DNA from: Octopus vulgaris
Lineage: Eukaryota
NCBI GenBank assembly: GCA_951406725.2
Contig: OX597814.1
Location: 145,514,001-145,578,000 of the forward strand
DNA length: 64,000 nucleotides
Direction of reading: 5' to 3'
Within the stretch, counting starts at the first letter, position 1, and every line of letters starts with the position of its first letter. Under the pieces are notes generated by a model, which was not told the DNA's origin, made no database searches, and saw only the letters and a list, made by a program, of their open reading frames with translations. Made by a program: the position numbers and the translations under genes. Below are positions 12,361 to 26,712 of the stretch, in pieces.

Positions 12361-13166
12361 GTATTTGATAGCATATAAGACACACTTTATTTAGAAAAAA
12401 AAATGTCTCAAGAAATCACCACGAACCCAACATCGAAGGTGGGTGTATATTACATGCTTAAATGCACCAAAAACATTTTGCTGAATCAGCACGGCTAAAA
12501 TTGGGTTGCAATTATTATGTAGTTTGCTTCTTTTATGCCATCAAATTTGATAGTTCCACATTACTGCACTCGAGTACGGAATAAATTCCACACAAACTCA
12601 GCAAAATAGTTGTTACTTCTCAGCCTGCTCCGATGAAAATACTTCTTTATATCACTCATCGAAAACTAATAGATCAGATTCGATCTAGCCTTGAAATCAC
12701 TTCAGTTACACTAGTAATTGTCTTGAAATTGGTTAAAAGCACCCCAAATTTCTGTTTAAAATACTTCGATCAAATGACGGAGACATTGATGCACGGAAAT
12801 AACTCCTTCAGTTTGAGGCATATTTCTACCTGGCGAGTACGTTTGAATGGAAATCGACTTTGCATTTTATCGCTTCGAGATCGATAAAATAAATACCAGT
12901 AATATACACGCTAACAAAGGAGCTTCTAGGTAATCCTTTGATTTGCAGTTAAATATCCCTCGAAGATTAACATCTTTTATCTCTATCTTTTCACTTGTTT
13001 TATTCAGTGAAGAATTTTAGTTGAAAAATTTGAACCCGGTACTTGTTTTTAAGTCTCATATTCATCTATCGATCTGTTTTGCAGAACCACTAAGTTATGG
13101 ATACACAAAAAAAATAACACTGGTTGTAACGTGATATAATGAAAGAGCATAGGCACAAAGATACAC

Positions 13167-13308
<142 letters not shown>

Positions 13309-13319
13309 ATTGATAGATA

Positions 13320-13485
13320 TGACGAGCTTCCATAATGTTTCTGTCTATTAACTGAACTCATAAATCATTGGCTGGCCCAGGGCTACAATAGAAGATACTT
13401 GGCCAATTTGTCACGCATTGAGACTAAACCTGTAACCATGCGGTTGCAAAGCAAGCTTCTTAACCACACATTCATGTCCGTGCCC
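13320..13485 (-). mobile_element. SINE family C, tRNA head plus CORE-like region
   Basis: Minus strand ggacatgaatgtgtggttaagaagcttgctttgcaaccgcatggttacaggtttagtctc...ttggccaagtatcttctattgtagccc. Confidence 0.7.
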
Positions 13486-13899
13486 GTTCATCGTAAAAAT
13501 AGTGGATATGTTACATAATATAGTCCTACATACTCTTCAAAAACGGAATGGTCGCGGTTGAAATACCTTTCCTGATAGATCTGTTTGATTGAGGTCGATA
13601 TGAGTCTAAACACTAAAAACACCCAACAATATGAATGATCAATACAATCGACTGTTCCCATTCACTCTCAAATATCGTTCCTGTCCCTAATCATAAGAAA
13701 TCAATAATTAAATGCAATATAATTATTTGATGCTAGGTGCTGTAAATTATAATTAACCTCCTGGTACTTAATTACGATTGCACGTAAAATGGAATTGACT
13801 TTCGTAAGGTCACTTTTGAACGGTATAACCCTCATATCTAATTTTCCGTTAGTAAAAATTTGGTATTTTGTCTGAAACCGTGTTATATTAGTGTGCAAT

Positions 13900-14110
13900 T
13901 ATTGGCATAATCGTTTGATTGTTGGACAATATACTTAGCGGTATTTGTTTCTGGTTCTATACGTTTTCCATTTCAAATTACACCGTGGCCCACCTTCGCC
14001 TTTCATTCCACCAAGGTCGATGCAGTAAAGTACCAATTAAATACTGGGGTCAATAGTATTGAGTATACTCTCCTCTTAAAATTGCTCGCCTTTTTCCTGT
14101 CTAATTTAGA
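13900..14110 (+). mobile_element. SINE family A, old copy
   Basis: tggcataatcgtt...cttagcggtatt...gcctttcattccaccaaggtcgatgcagtaaagtacca...ctggggtcaat. Confidence 0.65.
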
Positions 14111-16102
14111 AGAAATTATGTTCGTTTGTCTGACAGTTTTAGTACAATAGACTAGAATTTATTTACAATTTATGTAATTTGAATCAATTGAAAGGCAAAT
14201 ATCTACGAGAATAAGTCGTAAATCTTTTAGAGGCACTAGCTGAGCTTTGGAACAGAACCAAACAAATCACAGTCAGTGTTGTCACAGTGTACTACAACAG
14301 CTTATATAAGCATTGATTTATGGTTTAATCAGAGAAGGAAAGACAGCACCCATTACATGTTTTTGTAGAACCTCAAAAATATGAGGGAGATGAACGGTAG
14401 AAATAGCGTCTAACGTGTGGCTATGTTATGAAGAAATATAAAGTCATATCAGACAGAGGACAAACTAGACGACAGGTTAGATTTAAAACTTTAAAATAAT
14501 ATACTACAGTAGATTTTTCAGTTTCTATTCAGAGAGTTTTTATTCCCTCGGCTTGGGTGATCTGAAATCATGTTAGGCTATAGATCGACAAGTAAGATCG
14601 AGTTAGGATCTATGTGGGTAAAAATATTTGGGATATTGTTAACGTTATGTTACGTTATGTTATGTTCAATAATGTAAATCATTGAACCGTATCTCCGTTA
14701 ATTTTTTAATCAATAAATATACTTGTTTACACAAAAATTTCGCTCTTTGTTCACACAATAAAAGTGCGTACTACAACAGCCCCTGTAGTGATTAAAAGAC
14801 TTTATGCAAAGCGAACAATTTATATCTTCATAAAAATCATCGTCAATATCAGAAGAGGAATAATTTTAGCCTACATTAATAACCATTGTACGATTACCGT
14901 CGGGAAGGCATGGAAATAATCCCTTTCTGTATAACACAGAGTAGAAATTGTACCTGATGTCTCCCTTTGCAACAAACTTTTTCCGCCACTGCACAGTCCA
15001 GGAGGAATCTGTAGGATATTTCTGCTGGAACCAACGACAGACCCTTCCTAGTTTGTTATCAATAGAACAAATTCCTACAATCATTTTAACGGTAACAACT
15101 ACTTTCATACTCTGCGGGCTTTTAACTTCAAATATTGTCATGCCGTGTTTTACTCAAAACTAAATTTTTCGAACTTTCTTTGTCAATAGGTATGTCTTCT
15201 GACTTTTGCAAACTCTTAACAGAATGTTTCATATTTGAATATTAACTGGTTGGCCTTAATAACTACTGTCCCAATTCTATATCTTCCAGCATTATAAAAA
15301 AATGATGAAGAAAATCATAAAACAACCACTCTCTTTTGTCTCATTCATCTTTTCTGTCTCCAATTTACTAATCGCCATTATTCAAAACCGGAGACACCGG
15401 TATCAAATTGCAGACTTTTAAGACTATATAATACAGAATATATCCATAAAATGCCACACGTCTTCTAGGCATTATTTCATTCACCACCCATCCACGAACT
15501 ACGTTATCCCATTAGAAAAAGACATTCGTCCTATCAAGAATAAGGTGCTAACCTTAACCTAAACAAACTTAATGAACTTCCTTCAACACTACTGCATATT
15601 TCTGACAATAATAAATTTATCAAAAATTATTCAATGCAGTCTTCAGGGATCTATTGTCATGAACAATGAAAAGTGTCCCTATGCTAGAAATGGCAGGAAA
15701 ATCATGTTAAAGAAAGTAAAGACGCCTGGAATAATATTGTCAAAGAAATCTGTTCGAAAAAATAAATAATTAAAGATTGTAGGAGAGCAAATTTACAAAC
15801 GTTGAGATGCAGAAGTTAAATCTGAACATCGGCCTTACTATTCTTATATTATTCTCTGCAAGAGCTACAAAGAATGTCGACTCTTTCTTTGTAGGACAAC
15901 GTTTCGATCCATTCACTCATGTATACATGTATAGATAAATATGCGCATGTAAGCATATGCATAAGTGGATACTTGTATTAAGTATCTACTTATATGTCAA
16001 TTCATTTGCACATATTTTCTATTTCCTTTTGCGCAGATCTCAAATGCATGTATCTGTGCTTGCACACACATAAACACATATTCATATATGTATATTTATA
16101 TA

Positions 16103-16145
<43 letters not shown>

Positions 16146-17064
16146 TTACATACACACTTAAACAATAATTTAATTTTCCATAAAATTCCGCATTTTCTCT
16201 TTTCTATCAGTTGCTTAAAATTGAATATTTATATACATTTGTCTTCCCCGCTTTCCTGAAAGTGTTTTCTGTAAACGCTACATTAATGTAAGGCGTTTAT
16301 TTTTATAGACAAGTGACAAAAAAAAAAACAAAAACGAAAAAAGCGCATACACATACATACGTATACACAGACTACCTACATATTCTCGCATGCTCTTAAT
16401 ACATACACTCATAGCTCATCTACATAACATACAACACAAAATGTTGGAAATTTAATAAATGTTCTAAAGAAATCTAGTTATTGCACCCTTCATCTAAATT
16501 GTTTGCCTGATTTTTCTGTTGAATTTTATCTATCAAGATTCGCTTCTATCTTTATAATTTCTCTTTGCCATTTATTGATTATATGTTTCACTGGTAATCA
16601 CTACTTGATGGGAATGATGCAGCCCGGAGGATGCTGAAGGAAAGTGCATATTTTTATATGTAGTTGTTCCAAATTGATTGATATTTTATATTATTATTAC
16701 ATATTGCTTGTTGAAAATGCTTTCTTTCCATTAAGAGAACAATAAATTGAAGCCATTGTTATTGTTGATAATTTTCTCATGTTTTCATGCTATTATAGCC
16801 GTATGGTTTTTCTTTGAAAACATTGTTATTACTATTAATATTATGTTTTGTTTTACTGCCCTTTTTTTTCTTCTGTGGTTCATCACGATGGGAAAAAATA
16901 TTGTCATTACTGCTGTCGATAGTGATGTTCTTCTTTATGTTGCTCTAGGAATGTTTTGTTTATTTCACTTGTTCATGTTCTTATAGCTGTGTTAGACTTA
17001 TGTTCTTTCCATCTCGCGTTTATTTGAAAATCGTTTCATTTAATTTTCATCGACACTCATTAAT

Positions 17065-17065
<1 letters not shown>

Positions 17066-17138
<73 letters not shown>

Positions 17139-17145
17139 TTACTAC
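17066..17145. repeat. (ACT)n microsatellite
   Basis: Direct reading. Confidence 0.95.
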
Positions 17146-19979
17146 TGATAATAATAATGATAGTATTAATAATAATAGCAATTGTAAAACTAGTAAGTTA
17201 TTGTTATTATTACTAGCATTACTATTATATCGACATTATCTTTAATACAAATAATATTACTAATGGCTCCTAAATGTGGACATAAAGGTACAAATTCGGT
17301 GACTGAGAAAGATCAATTAAATCGATACCAATATTTTAATGACAATTTTTATCGGCTAGGGAAGACCGAAAATTAAAATAAAGGCATGGCAAAGTACTGT
17401 AAACTATTTTACTCAGCAGTCCATTTGTTCTTATCTTCAGCACTTCGTAAAAAACATAGATTGTAAGAAATGTTGCCGATCCGTTCTGTACGTGATAATC
17501 AATATTTAGGGATGATTTTAAAACTCAAAATCCATCAACAAAGATGATGGTGGAGATTTTCGTCATACAGACTGCATTTCGGAACAATACGTCTCATAGC
17601 ACTGCTGCTCTTGTAGAACTTACGCGTAGACAGTAATGTACTCCAAAACACGGCTAAAGCGGGGATAAGTTGGAATTTATCCACAGTATCCGACTTGGTA
17701 ATCCTCCGAGAATGTCTGTTCAGCACGAGTTAATACATTGAGTATTTCCATGTCGTATGTCCTCACCAAGGCATAAAATATTTCTATGTTTATATTTTTT
17801 TCTCATCAACGTTTAGGGTACTTCATGTTTTATGTCTCCCACCAATTATAGATAAAATATACAAGGCGACTTTTCAGGAGTTCAGTTGATGGTTATGAAC
17901 TATTGACATTACACGAGGGGCCAGGATGTCAAACTGTGTCACATCTTGGATCAAGTTAAACAGATGAGCTGTGGGAATGCGTATCCAACCAAACTTGTTC
18001 AGCATCTATGGATTTCTATAGATATCATGTTGTAAGAGATGACAGGGCATTGAATCGATGGAACGAGCATTACAAACCTTGTAATATAATCAAATATAGC
18101 TGGAACAGGCAACTAATGCAGTTATTACCCGTCAATGTAACGAATATAAATATTATTTATCATTGAAAGGAATGTAAGTATGCCCTATCTTTTTTTCCGT
18201 CCATTTATGGGAACATAGCTTCCTTTCAGTTCATTACCGAGTGACATTGGCCAATCTGGTTGTCATCTCTTATTTTATCCGCCTTTAATCAGGTCTTAGC
18301 TCTAGTAACAAATGTTTGACACAGTCATACTTTTGCAAATTCCTAGATATAAATCCACGAAATGCTCCTGCTAAATCTGTGCTCTCATTATCACCTCATA
18401 TTCTGAAAACGAGACACAGATCAGCTTGATTTTGGAGATGTCAGATGCCATGTTAATGACGCTGTCAATGGGTTCAATTACCACCCTTCCTTTTTCCAGT
18501 TCCAGTACGATGTCCCGCTGCACATTCAAATTTCATAGTGAGGTCTCAAGAGCAAAAGCAATCATCCACAAGAGTGGTTTAGCGTGAGGCTCGTAATGCC
18601 AAGCATTCTTTTCATGCGACTGACACTGAATACTGAGTATGCACCGATCAAGCTTTTGAATCCATTAAAAATGAGTGTGCTCAACGTTCAAACAAATCTA
18701 TTTTACACACATCTCTGTCAGAAGTGCAAAAGAAGAGCTGGGTGTTATGTATTTATCTTCCTGAAATAGTACAAGTTTATGCGCCTGAAAGACACTCAAA
18801 AGGACACACGCAAACGTCTTAGCTAGTAGCGTCGTGGAAATCCTATGGTCTGCATTTAAAGACCCAAAATTATACATTATATCCTTATAATCGACGTCTC
18901 CTTCCTTCTCAGATGCAAATTCTGTCTGTTTTTGGCTGTTGCCAGGAATGCTATATATGAACCAAGACAGGGGCGATAAAATTTGGCATATTCAGATATA
19001 GTTCGTAATCAGAACACCTTCATATCCGGATATCACCCACTCCAGCAATCGCCCAGCTCATCTTGAATGTCAACTACTTTTATTGCGTTTCGAAACTATT
19101 TATAATATTTCTGCTGAGAATTATCGTGAATTATATCTTTCCACCTTTTCAATTTCATTATTTCCGCCAAAACACTTTAGTAATGTCCTGCTATAACTTC
19201 CATTACAATGCTTTAAAGTCTGAATGATGTCTGTACTTCTATGCTGCACCTCTGTTACCCACCCGCCCTGATCAAATGTACTGTAGTATTTTAAAATACC
19301 TGACATGCTACGAACAACGTTAACTTCATGTTTAACATCAGCACTTTTAGACATGATGTAACTTTTAGAAGCGTCTTCAAATCTCTCTCTCATGTTAGTC
19401 AAGCTAGCATTTTATGGCACTTATACTTTCTGAAACCGAACACTATACTGTATATTTCAACTCTAAGTTTAATTAATTTGTAATGATGTCTTCATTAATT
19501 AGGTCACTATTCAGTGTACAACCGGCTTTATCTGTCAGAAAACAGTTATTATTGCTCATATCTCCACTTCAATACTAACTAGGGTAACATACGGGTAATT
19601 AAATTGTTAAATGTATGTTTAAATCCCTGTAAATACGAACAAACCACATTTATATTCGTTTCAATCAACAGAAATCGGTTCAATAACAACCAGACAGTTG
19701 GACTAACTAATCAAGTAGCGAATTGATATCTAGTGAATACAGCTACTAATATTTACTAACACCACACACACCAACTGTTTATTAAGACTAATAAATAGTG
19801 CATTCCAAGGAATAAAGAAAATATATAAAAATCACCAATTAAGGAACAAAGAAAAAAAGGATATGCAACAAAATAGGAGCAGACTAAAGAAGAACAACAT
19901 GGTAGGACACATGTAACTGAAATTAAAGAATCACTGAGAGTAGAGATACTTGCTAGATCCGAAAGAATTCGTTGTTATA

Positions 19980-20247
19980 TCTCTCTATATAAAGCTGAAG
20001 CTGTCTGTGTATGGCAGGTTTGGTATCCTTCAACTAACACTATCTCGTCCGAGAGCCTCGATGCAATGAAAATCATTATTTCTTAGAATTTTTTGACTGC
20101 TGTGTCGCCATTTTTCGGTGTATTTCAACCAGAAAAATGTTCGCTTAAAGGGTATAACAAGCTATATAATGCAACATTTTTATTTTTCAAAAATTACGAT
20201 TCTAAAGGGTCGAAACAAACCCGCGCAACGCCAGGCGATACTGCTAG
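19980..20247 (+). mobile_element. Non-autonomous Helitron (268 bp)
   Basis: Starts TCTCTCTATATAAAG after an A; ends with GC-rich imperfect hairpin cccgcgcaacgccaggcg and CTAG before a T; no TSD. Confidence 0.8.
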
Positions 20248-20299
20248 TAAAGAATAGAATGAAACAGCAAAAGCGCGAAAATTATCTCATGCAACTATA

Positions 20300-21500
20300 T
20301 ATGAACAACAAGAAGGATGTTCCAAATTTCACAATACTTTCTTGGAATGCTTAACAGATACTGAAAGATGAAATAACGAATATTTCACCTAAGAAAAGAA
20401 AAGTAATTATTTAATCCCAAAGCAAAGAAAAAGCAAAACGCCATATTGCAGAGCAATAACCTTCTCTGTGTGCAGAAGTCAACGTATGATAGGAAAAAAG
20501 CCTCTTAGAAAGGATACCGCAAATAATCAAGGCCTTAACTAATGAACAAAAGAAATAAAGTGTTTCAACATTCCTTGGATTTAATATCATTTATTACCGT
20601 AAGCTTCATAACGATGTTCATAATCCGTAGATCGTAAAAACACTATCTATGAATAATGTAGAAATACCAAACATATAACAAATAAACGTTCGACAAAAGA
20701 AGTAGATTGGGGGTATTATATAAACGAATTCAATCTTATTAGAAGAGAAATATTCTAAAGAGACTCGAGACTTGATCATTCTGTTACTTTTTGTTGGGCG
20801 TTATCTCATTGAAATTGCATGTTATATCAAATTCGACTCGGGTAATAATTCTATAGGAGGACAATGAACTGGATTTTGTACATAGTTGTACTCACATTGT
20901 AAGATGTTGATGAAAACTGAAAGCACTATTACATATGGTACACAGATTTGGTGGATAAATTGGCTTAAAATACCTGTTACGAAAAAATGCACTATTGGAA
21001 AGAGGGAATTTAATAAAGTCAGAATAATAACAGAATTTTAATAATATTTTAAAGAACTATGACTTAAATGGTTTTTATACATTTTCATGAACCAATAAAA
21101 ATTTTGGGAATTCAGATCAATGTATTCTTATCATGTGACACTAAATGAATTTTCGATTCTGAATATATAAAATGAAATTTCAAAATATGAAAACTGCAGT
21201 TTATTAAGACGTAAACTTTTTTTGCACTGCATCAGAGGGAAAGCTTTTCTGGAAACAAACCAGTACAGACAAAATAATATGCTCCCCATATACTATCTTC
21301 TTTTGTTCTAAAGGGATTAAATACAGCATAGAACATTCTATGATCTATACTTTGATAAATATATTTTGCAGATATAATATCTAAACCAAAGCAAATATTT
21401 TAAAAATTAAAGAAGCAACAAAATCCCATGAATGATCGAAGTCCTTGAAAGAAGATATATTAAGGATATGTGAAAAGAAGCAAATCAATTAAATTTATCA
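20300..21500 (+). mobile_element. Very degenerate R4/Dong-like RT region
   Basis: attagaagagaaatattctaaagagactcg...ctgttactttttgttgggcgtta resembles IRRGIFQGDS..PLLFC.AL; decayed WIDY.KA and FG..KC-like segments lie in the expected order. Confidence 0.5.
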
Positions 21501-21736
21501 TAGATATCACAGATAATTCAGTATATGCCCTGCAGTCAGAACTAATCAAATGGGTAATGTATCGATTTAACAACCAACTCACGAGTTACACACAAGAATG
21601 CACCCTTAAATTGCCGTTTCAAATCGCAAATACAAGTACATTTAACCACGAAGTTAAATCATCGAAAAAGAAGAAAAAAGAAGGGGTAGGACAGCAACAG
21701 TAGCGGCGCATGGTGTACAACTTGTAGGAGACGTAG

Positions 21737-21787
<51 letters not shown>

Positions 21788-21788
21788 A

Positions 21789-21844
<56 letters not shown>

Positions 21845-21856
21845 CACCACCATCAT

Positions 21857-21897
<41 letters not shown>

Positions 21898-21914
21898 TCA
21901 CCACCACCACCACC

Positions 21915-21961
<47 letters not shown>

Positions 21962-21967
21962 CACCAT

Positions 21968-22003
<36 letters not shown>

Positions 22004-22035
22004 CATCATCACCACCACCACCACCACTACTACTA

Positions 22036-22108
<73 letters not shown>

Positions 22109-22183
22109 GAACATTGTCACCCAAACCCCAAAACCACCACCACAACTGTTACCAACACTGCCCTCCCACCGTCCAAAAAATTC

Positions 22184-22219
<36 letters not shown>

Positions 22220-22520
22220 CACTACCACCACAACCATTGCGAACACTGCCACCCAACGCCCAAAACTACCACCATCACCACCACCACAACTATTAACAAC
22301 ACTGCTACCCTCCCCCAAACTACCACACTACTGCTACCACCGCCACCACCACCACCACCACCACCGCAACCGTTACGAACACTGCCACCCAACGGACAAA
22401 ACTACCACCACCACCACTACCACCACCACAACTGTTACCAACACTACCATTCCACCGTCGAAAACACTACTACTACTACTACTACTACTGTTGCTGCTGC
22501 CGCTGCTACTGCTGCTGCAG
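21737..22520. repeat. Compound (ACT)n/(ACC)n microsatellite with embedded minisatellite units
   Basis: Trinucleotide runs interleaved with six ~30-bp aacactgcc-containing units at 22107-22470. Confidence 0.9.
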
Positions 22521-23119
22521 AAGTGGATGATGATGCTATTCGTAAAAGAAACAAGACTAACAAAATAAATCTACTTTCTAAAAGGAAATATATAGGAAAT
22601 CAATTTGTCACTTTTAATCAGTTTGTAGCATTATTTCCAGAAAGTTCACATTCACACAAGTTGCGCAATGGACGCCTTCTAGTTAAGAAAATATGTGAAT
22701 AGAGGCATAAATACTATTGTTTTCCAATTATGTTTTCCAGGCAAAGCAAGGAAAAAAGCCTAGTATATTTGATTTTAAAAAAGCTACAATATGATAAAAT
22801 CATAAAAAAAGCATTTGAAAGCAAGCAATATATATTTATATACACACGTACATATATATATACATACACACACACATATATATATATATAGAGCAAGATA
22901 CATACATATGCATATATATATACACACGAGTCCTTGCCTTATAGTTCATATACATACCTATATATATACACACATATATGTTTGTATATAAGTATCTCTC
23001 TTGCTCTGTATAGATATATACACAGGTACATACATATAGATATGTATCCATATACATGTATATACATACATATTGCATATAAGCTCTTACACTTTAGTTA
23101 TACATTCACACATATTTAC

Positions 23120-23164
<45 letters not shown>

Positions 23165-23262
23165 CATACATACATACATATATATGTATATATATATATA
23201 TGTATATATATATATGTATGTATATATATATGTATGTATATATATATATATATATATGTATG

Positions 23263-23293
<31 letters not shown>

Positions 23294-23308
23294 ATATATA
23301 TATGTGTG

Positions 23309-23360
<52 letters not shown>
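23120..23360. repeat. (TA)n/(TATG)n microsatellite block
   Basis: Direct reading. Confidence 0.95.
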
Positions 23361-23362
<2 letters not shown>

Positions 23363-23405
23363 TATAGACATGTATATATAGTAACAAATAAGTATTAGCC
23401 TTATT

Positions 23406-23450
23406 CAATTACTGACGAGTAATCCGATTCCCCGAAACACTTGACAACAT
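23406..23450 (+). ncRNA. Degenerate minimal hammerhead-like core
   Basis: CTGACGA (23412-23418), gtaatccgattcccc, GAAA (23434-23437), cacttgac; stems imperfect. Confidence 0.3.
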
Positions 23451-23828
23451 TCCCCACCATTTTCTACATTTAGTATGATATATCGGCTGGAATTTTACAG
23501 ATTTTAGTTTAAAATAACTGGATTATTCTTATCAAATTTGGTAAATTAGAAACAGTGAATTATACTGATCTGATAAATGTAAGGGATAATAAAGAATACT
23601 AAAGCAATGAAACAAAAGAAAATGTAATAATACATTAACAAAATAATTTATTTTTTGTTTTTGTACAGTTTAAACAGATTTAACGAATGAAATTTCGGCA
23701 TTAAACAACACAAAAAGAAGAGAAAAAATTACAAACAGAGAGGAAGAGAGATAACGAAAGAGAGAAGAAGAGAGAGAGTGTTAGAAAGAAGAAAAGAGAG
23801 GAATGATGAGAGAGGTAGAGAAAGAATT

Positions 23829-23864
<36 letters not shown>

Positions 23865-24404
23865 TAAAAACGAAGAAAAAGATCAGACGCAATAACCGAA
23901 CAATAACTAAATATCAACGAAGCGGTTTTATTTAATTGTCTCTCTCTCTCTTTATACACTTGTAGTGATTATCATTAATTTAATTTAATTTAAGTGTAAG
24001 ATCTCTTTTTAACCTACTCACAACGACTCTTGTTAAATGAGTGGTTCTTTATTTACATTATTCATTGGAGTTCGATAATGAACATTATAAATAAAGACCA
24101 ACTTTACACAATTTTTTTAGTAAATAATTATTTGAATTATTGACTAATTCTTTATAATTTTTTTGTTTGTTTGTTCGTTCCTACGAGCATCATTCTCTTT
24201 CTTTCTATATATCGTTCTCTAAAACCTATTTCTATCATCTCCGCATTAAGCACACACGACTCTTTTAAATTTATTGGTTTTTTTTCATGTATCAGTCATT
24301 AAATCAGGTGGAACGATCTTTGGTTTCTTAGTGCAATCACAGATTAATTTCGTTACGGCTTTTGCCTCCATCTTAAAAAACAACAATAAACACACACATT
24401 CTCA

Positions 24405-24517
24405 TACATACATACACACATACATGCATACATACATACATACATACATATATACATACATACATACATACATACATACATACATACATACATACATACA
24501 TACATACATACATACAT
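24405..24517. repeat. (TACA)n microsatellite
   Basis: Direct reading. Confidence 0.95.
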
Positions 24518-24659
24518 TCGTACGAACTCACGTGAGAAACACTTCATAAGCATCCTACCTCCCAAATTTCATTCAAATTATGACAGTGTATCGACTTTAC
24601 ATGAAGTAATGTACTCCAAGATACACTTTGAATAAGAGATAGTAATGGCTGACCTGGAG

Positions 24660-24950
24660 TTTGTTTGTTCCTTCTCGAGCCATGCATGGCTCATAAGGGC
24701 CGGTTTACCGGTTTCCTTGGCGTATAGGTTCCCCACGTGCACGGGACGCCGGTCCATCGCAGGTGAGCTGTAAGATGCAGGAGGAAAGAGTGAGAGAAAG
24801 TTATGGAGAAAGAGTCAGCAGAAGTTCGCCATTACCTTCTGCTGGAGCCGCGTGGAGCTTAGGTGTTTCGGTCATAAACACACACATCGCCCGGTCTGAG
24901 ATTCCAATCCACGATCCCTCGACCGAGTGTCCGTTGCTCCATTGATCTGG
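24660..24950 (-). mobile_element. SINE family B variant
   Basis: Shares gagtgagagaa..gtggagcttaggtgtttcg..cgcccggtctg with 9450-9618; different 3' part. Confidence 0.75.
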
Positions 24951-25961
24951 AGTTAGATAGCAACATCAACAGAATAGGGACGGATGAACTCTTGCAAAGA
25001 AAAACAAAATAGGAACGAGTGTGGGAGAAAAAGTGAACGAGAGAAAGAGAAGGAAGAGAAGAGAGACGCAGAAAGGAAAAGAGAGAGAAAAGAAAAAAGG
25101 AAAAAGCATAAAATAAAAGCTAATTTGTTCCTTGTTTGGTTGGAATATTCCAATGGTGTTACAACTCGTTAAATTAAGATAAGAAATTTATCAAGTAGAG
25201 TGCTTGCATGTGCTGCCCGAGTTGCGAGAGATCACAGCTAAAGCTCACTCTTTCGTAAGAGCAAGATGTATGGTACAAATTGTAGTTCTACATAGTCCCA
25301 AAAGAGACAGGATGGTCAAGGCTGGAATGTTTTTGATCATAAGTCTACTTGATCAGTGTTGAACTAAGATTAAACAATACAAGAAATCCACTAGCTGTCT
25401 GATGTTCTAAACAACTTTTATGTTCCAATGTAAGGTTCCTGGACGAAGTTACGAGTTTGAACTAAGGCGACACTGAATTGGTTGTAAGCCAAATAAGCGG
25501 TAACGAATTTCTTGGAAGGTTTACTCTTTCATAGATATTTCGTCAGAACAGCAAAATGGACGGCAGTTAATCAAAACTTTTAGCATTCTAAAAGTTTAGA
25601 ATTGAATAGATTCGATCGGTTCTCTTGAATAAAAATGCTGGCCCGCCTATCAATTATTGACCTTTGGCAAACTAACAAGCAGCAAAATGATCATCCCACT
25701 TACTGCAACATTACTTGCCACTACTATAAACACAAAGACTATCAAGAAAACAAAGCCACTACCATCAACTACACCAAATAAAATACTTTACAATGTACGA
25801 CTATTTACAGCAACACTAATAATATTTCAATACTACAATAAAACCACTATCGACCATAAAAGTGTTTTCTTTTAATCAGATACAAATGCGCTATATTTTA
25901 ATTTACTATGGGAACTGAGGATTCTTTGACATTCATGCCGTTCTCAAGGGCAATAATTATA

Positions 25962-26058
25962 TCAATTGTCGGAGGCCTGGGAACAGTGAGTAAAAATCTT
26001 GAGAAGTACATAGAACAAATAGGGGCTGCAATAAGGGTGGAGCACTTGCAGAAAACAG
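25962..26058 (+). mobile_element. ~100-bp R4/Dong-like REL C-terminal fragment
   Basis: IVGGLGTVSKNLEKYIEQIGAAIRVEHLQKT; inverted homolog of 26838-26927. Confidence 0.8.
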
Positions 26059-26668
26059 TAGAGTGCTTGCCCGAGTTGCGAGAGATCACAGCTAAAGCTC
26101 ACTCTTTCATTAGAGCAAGATACATGGCGTAAATTGTAGTTCTCCATAGTCCCAAAAGACTGCAAACAACAAATGAAAATGTGCCGCTTGAAAGAAGCAT
26201 TTATTTTGCTTTAGGTCTAATCGGTACATTATTAGCCAAAATATTAGTCTAAAGAATTGACCCTAGTATATACCTGGTACAGAAATGAACAATACGGAAA
26301 CGATAAGCTGTATAGATAATTAGATGTGTTTCGGCCTGTATTGGCCCAGGCCGTGTCTAACTTAAAAATATTTAATGATGCTTCATATTACAATCATTCT
26401 TTCGGCACCGCGGCTCATTCGAATAAAGGGTTATTGTTTGCAGAGATATATCCAGGTGTAGGTGGTTTTTCTGGAATTTATTGGCGATATTCATTCAGAA
26501 TACTTTCGAATGTTAGGGAAATCTTTTCTTTTCTTACGTTTGTTAGCATGATATTAAAGAGAGCACGTGGTGTTGGATGAATAAAGTTTGAGTTTCTCAA
26601 GATGATCCCAAAATATAGGCCAGTCTTGTCGGTTATTTTCCTTATTATTAGTATCATCATCATCATCA

Positions 26669-26712
<44 letters not shown>

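Noticed and set aside
14954-15047. Possible 94-bp minus-strand exon (AG...GT; EGSVVGSSRNILQIPPGLCSGGKSLLQRETS)
   Set aside because: Weak polypyrimidine tract, no recognisable domain, no partner exons; needs RNA-seq.
18240-19400. Possible ancient Gypsy RT-RNaseH relic (TDQAFESIKNE...ILH)
   Set aside because: One short resemblance only; no further motifs confirmed by eye.
21654-22318. Long Ser/Gly-rich and poly-Val ORFs (163 and 219 aa)
   Set aside because: Stop-free readings of (AGT)/(GGT) microsatellites; no unique coding sequence or splice evidence.
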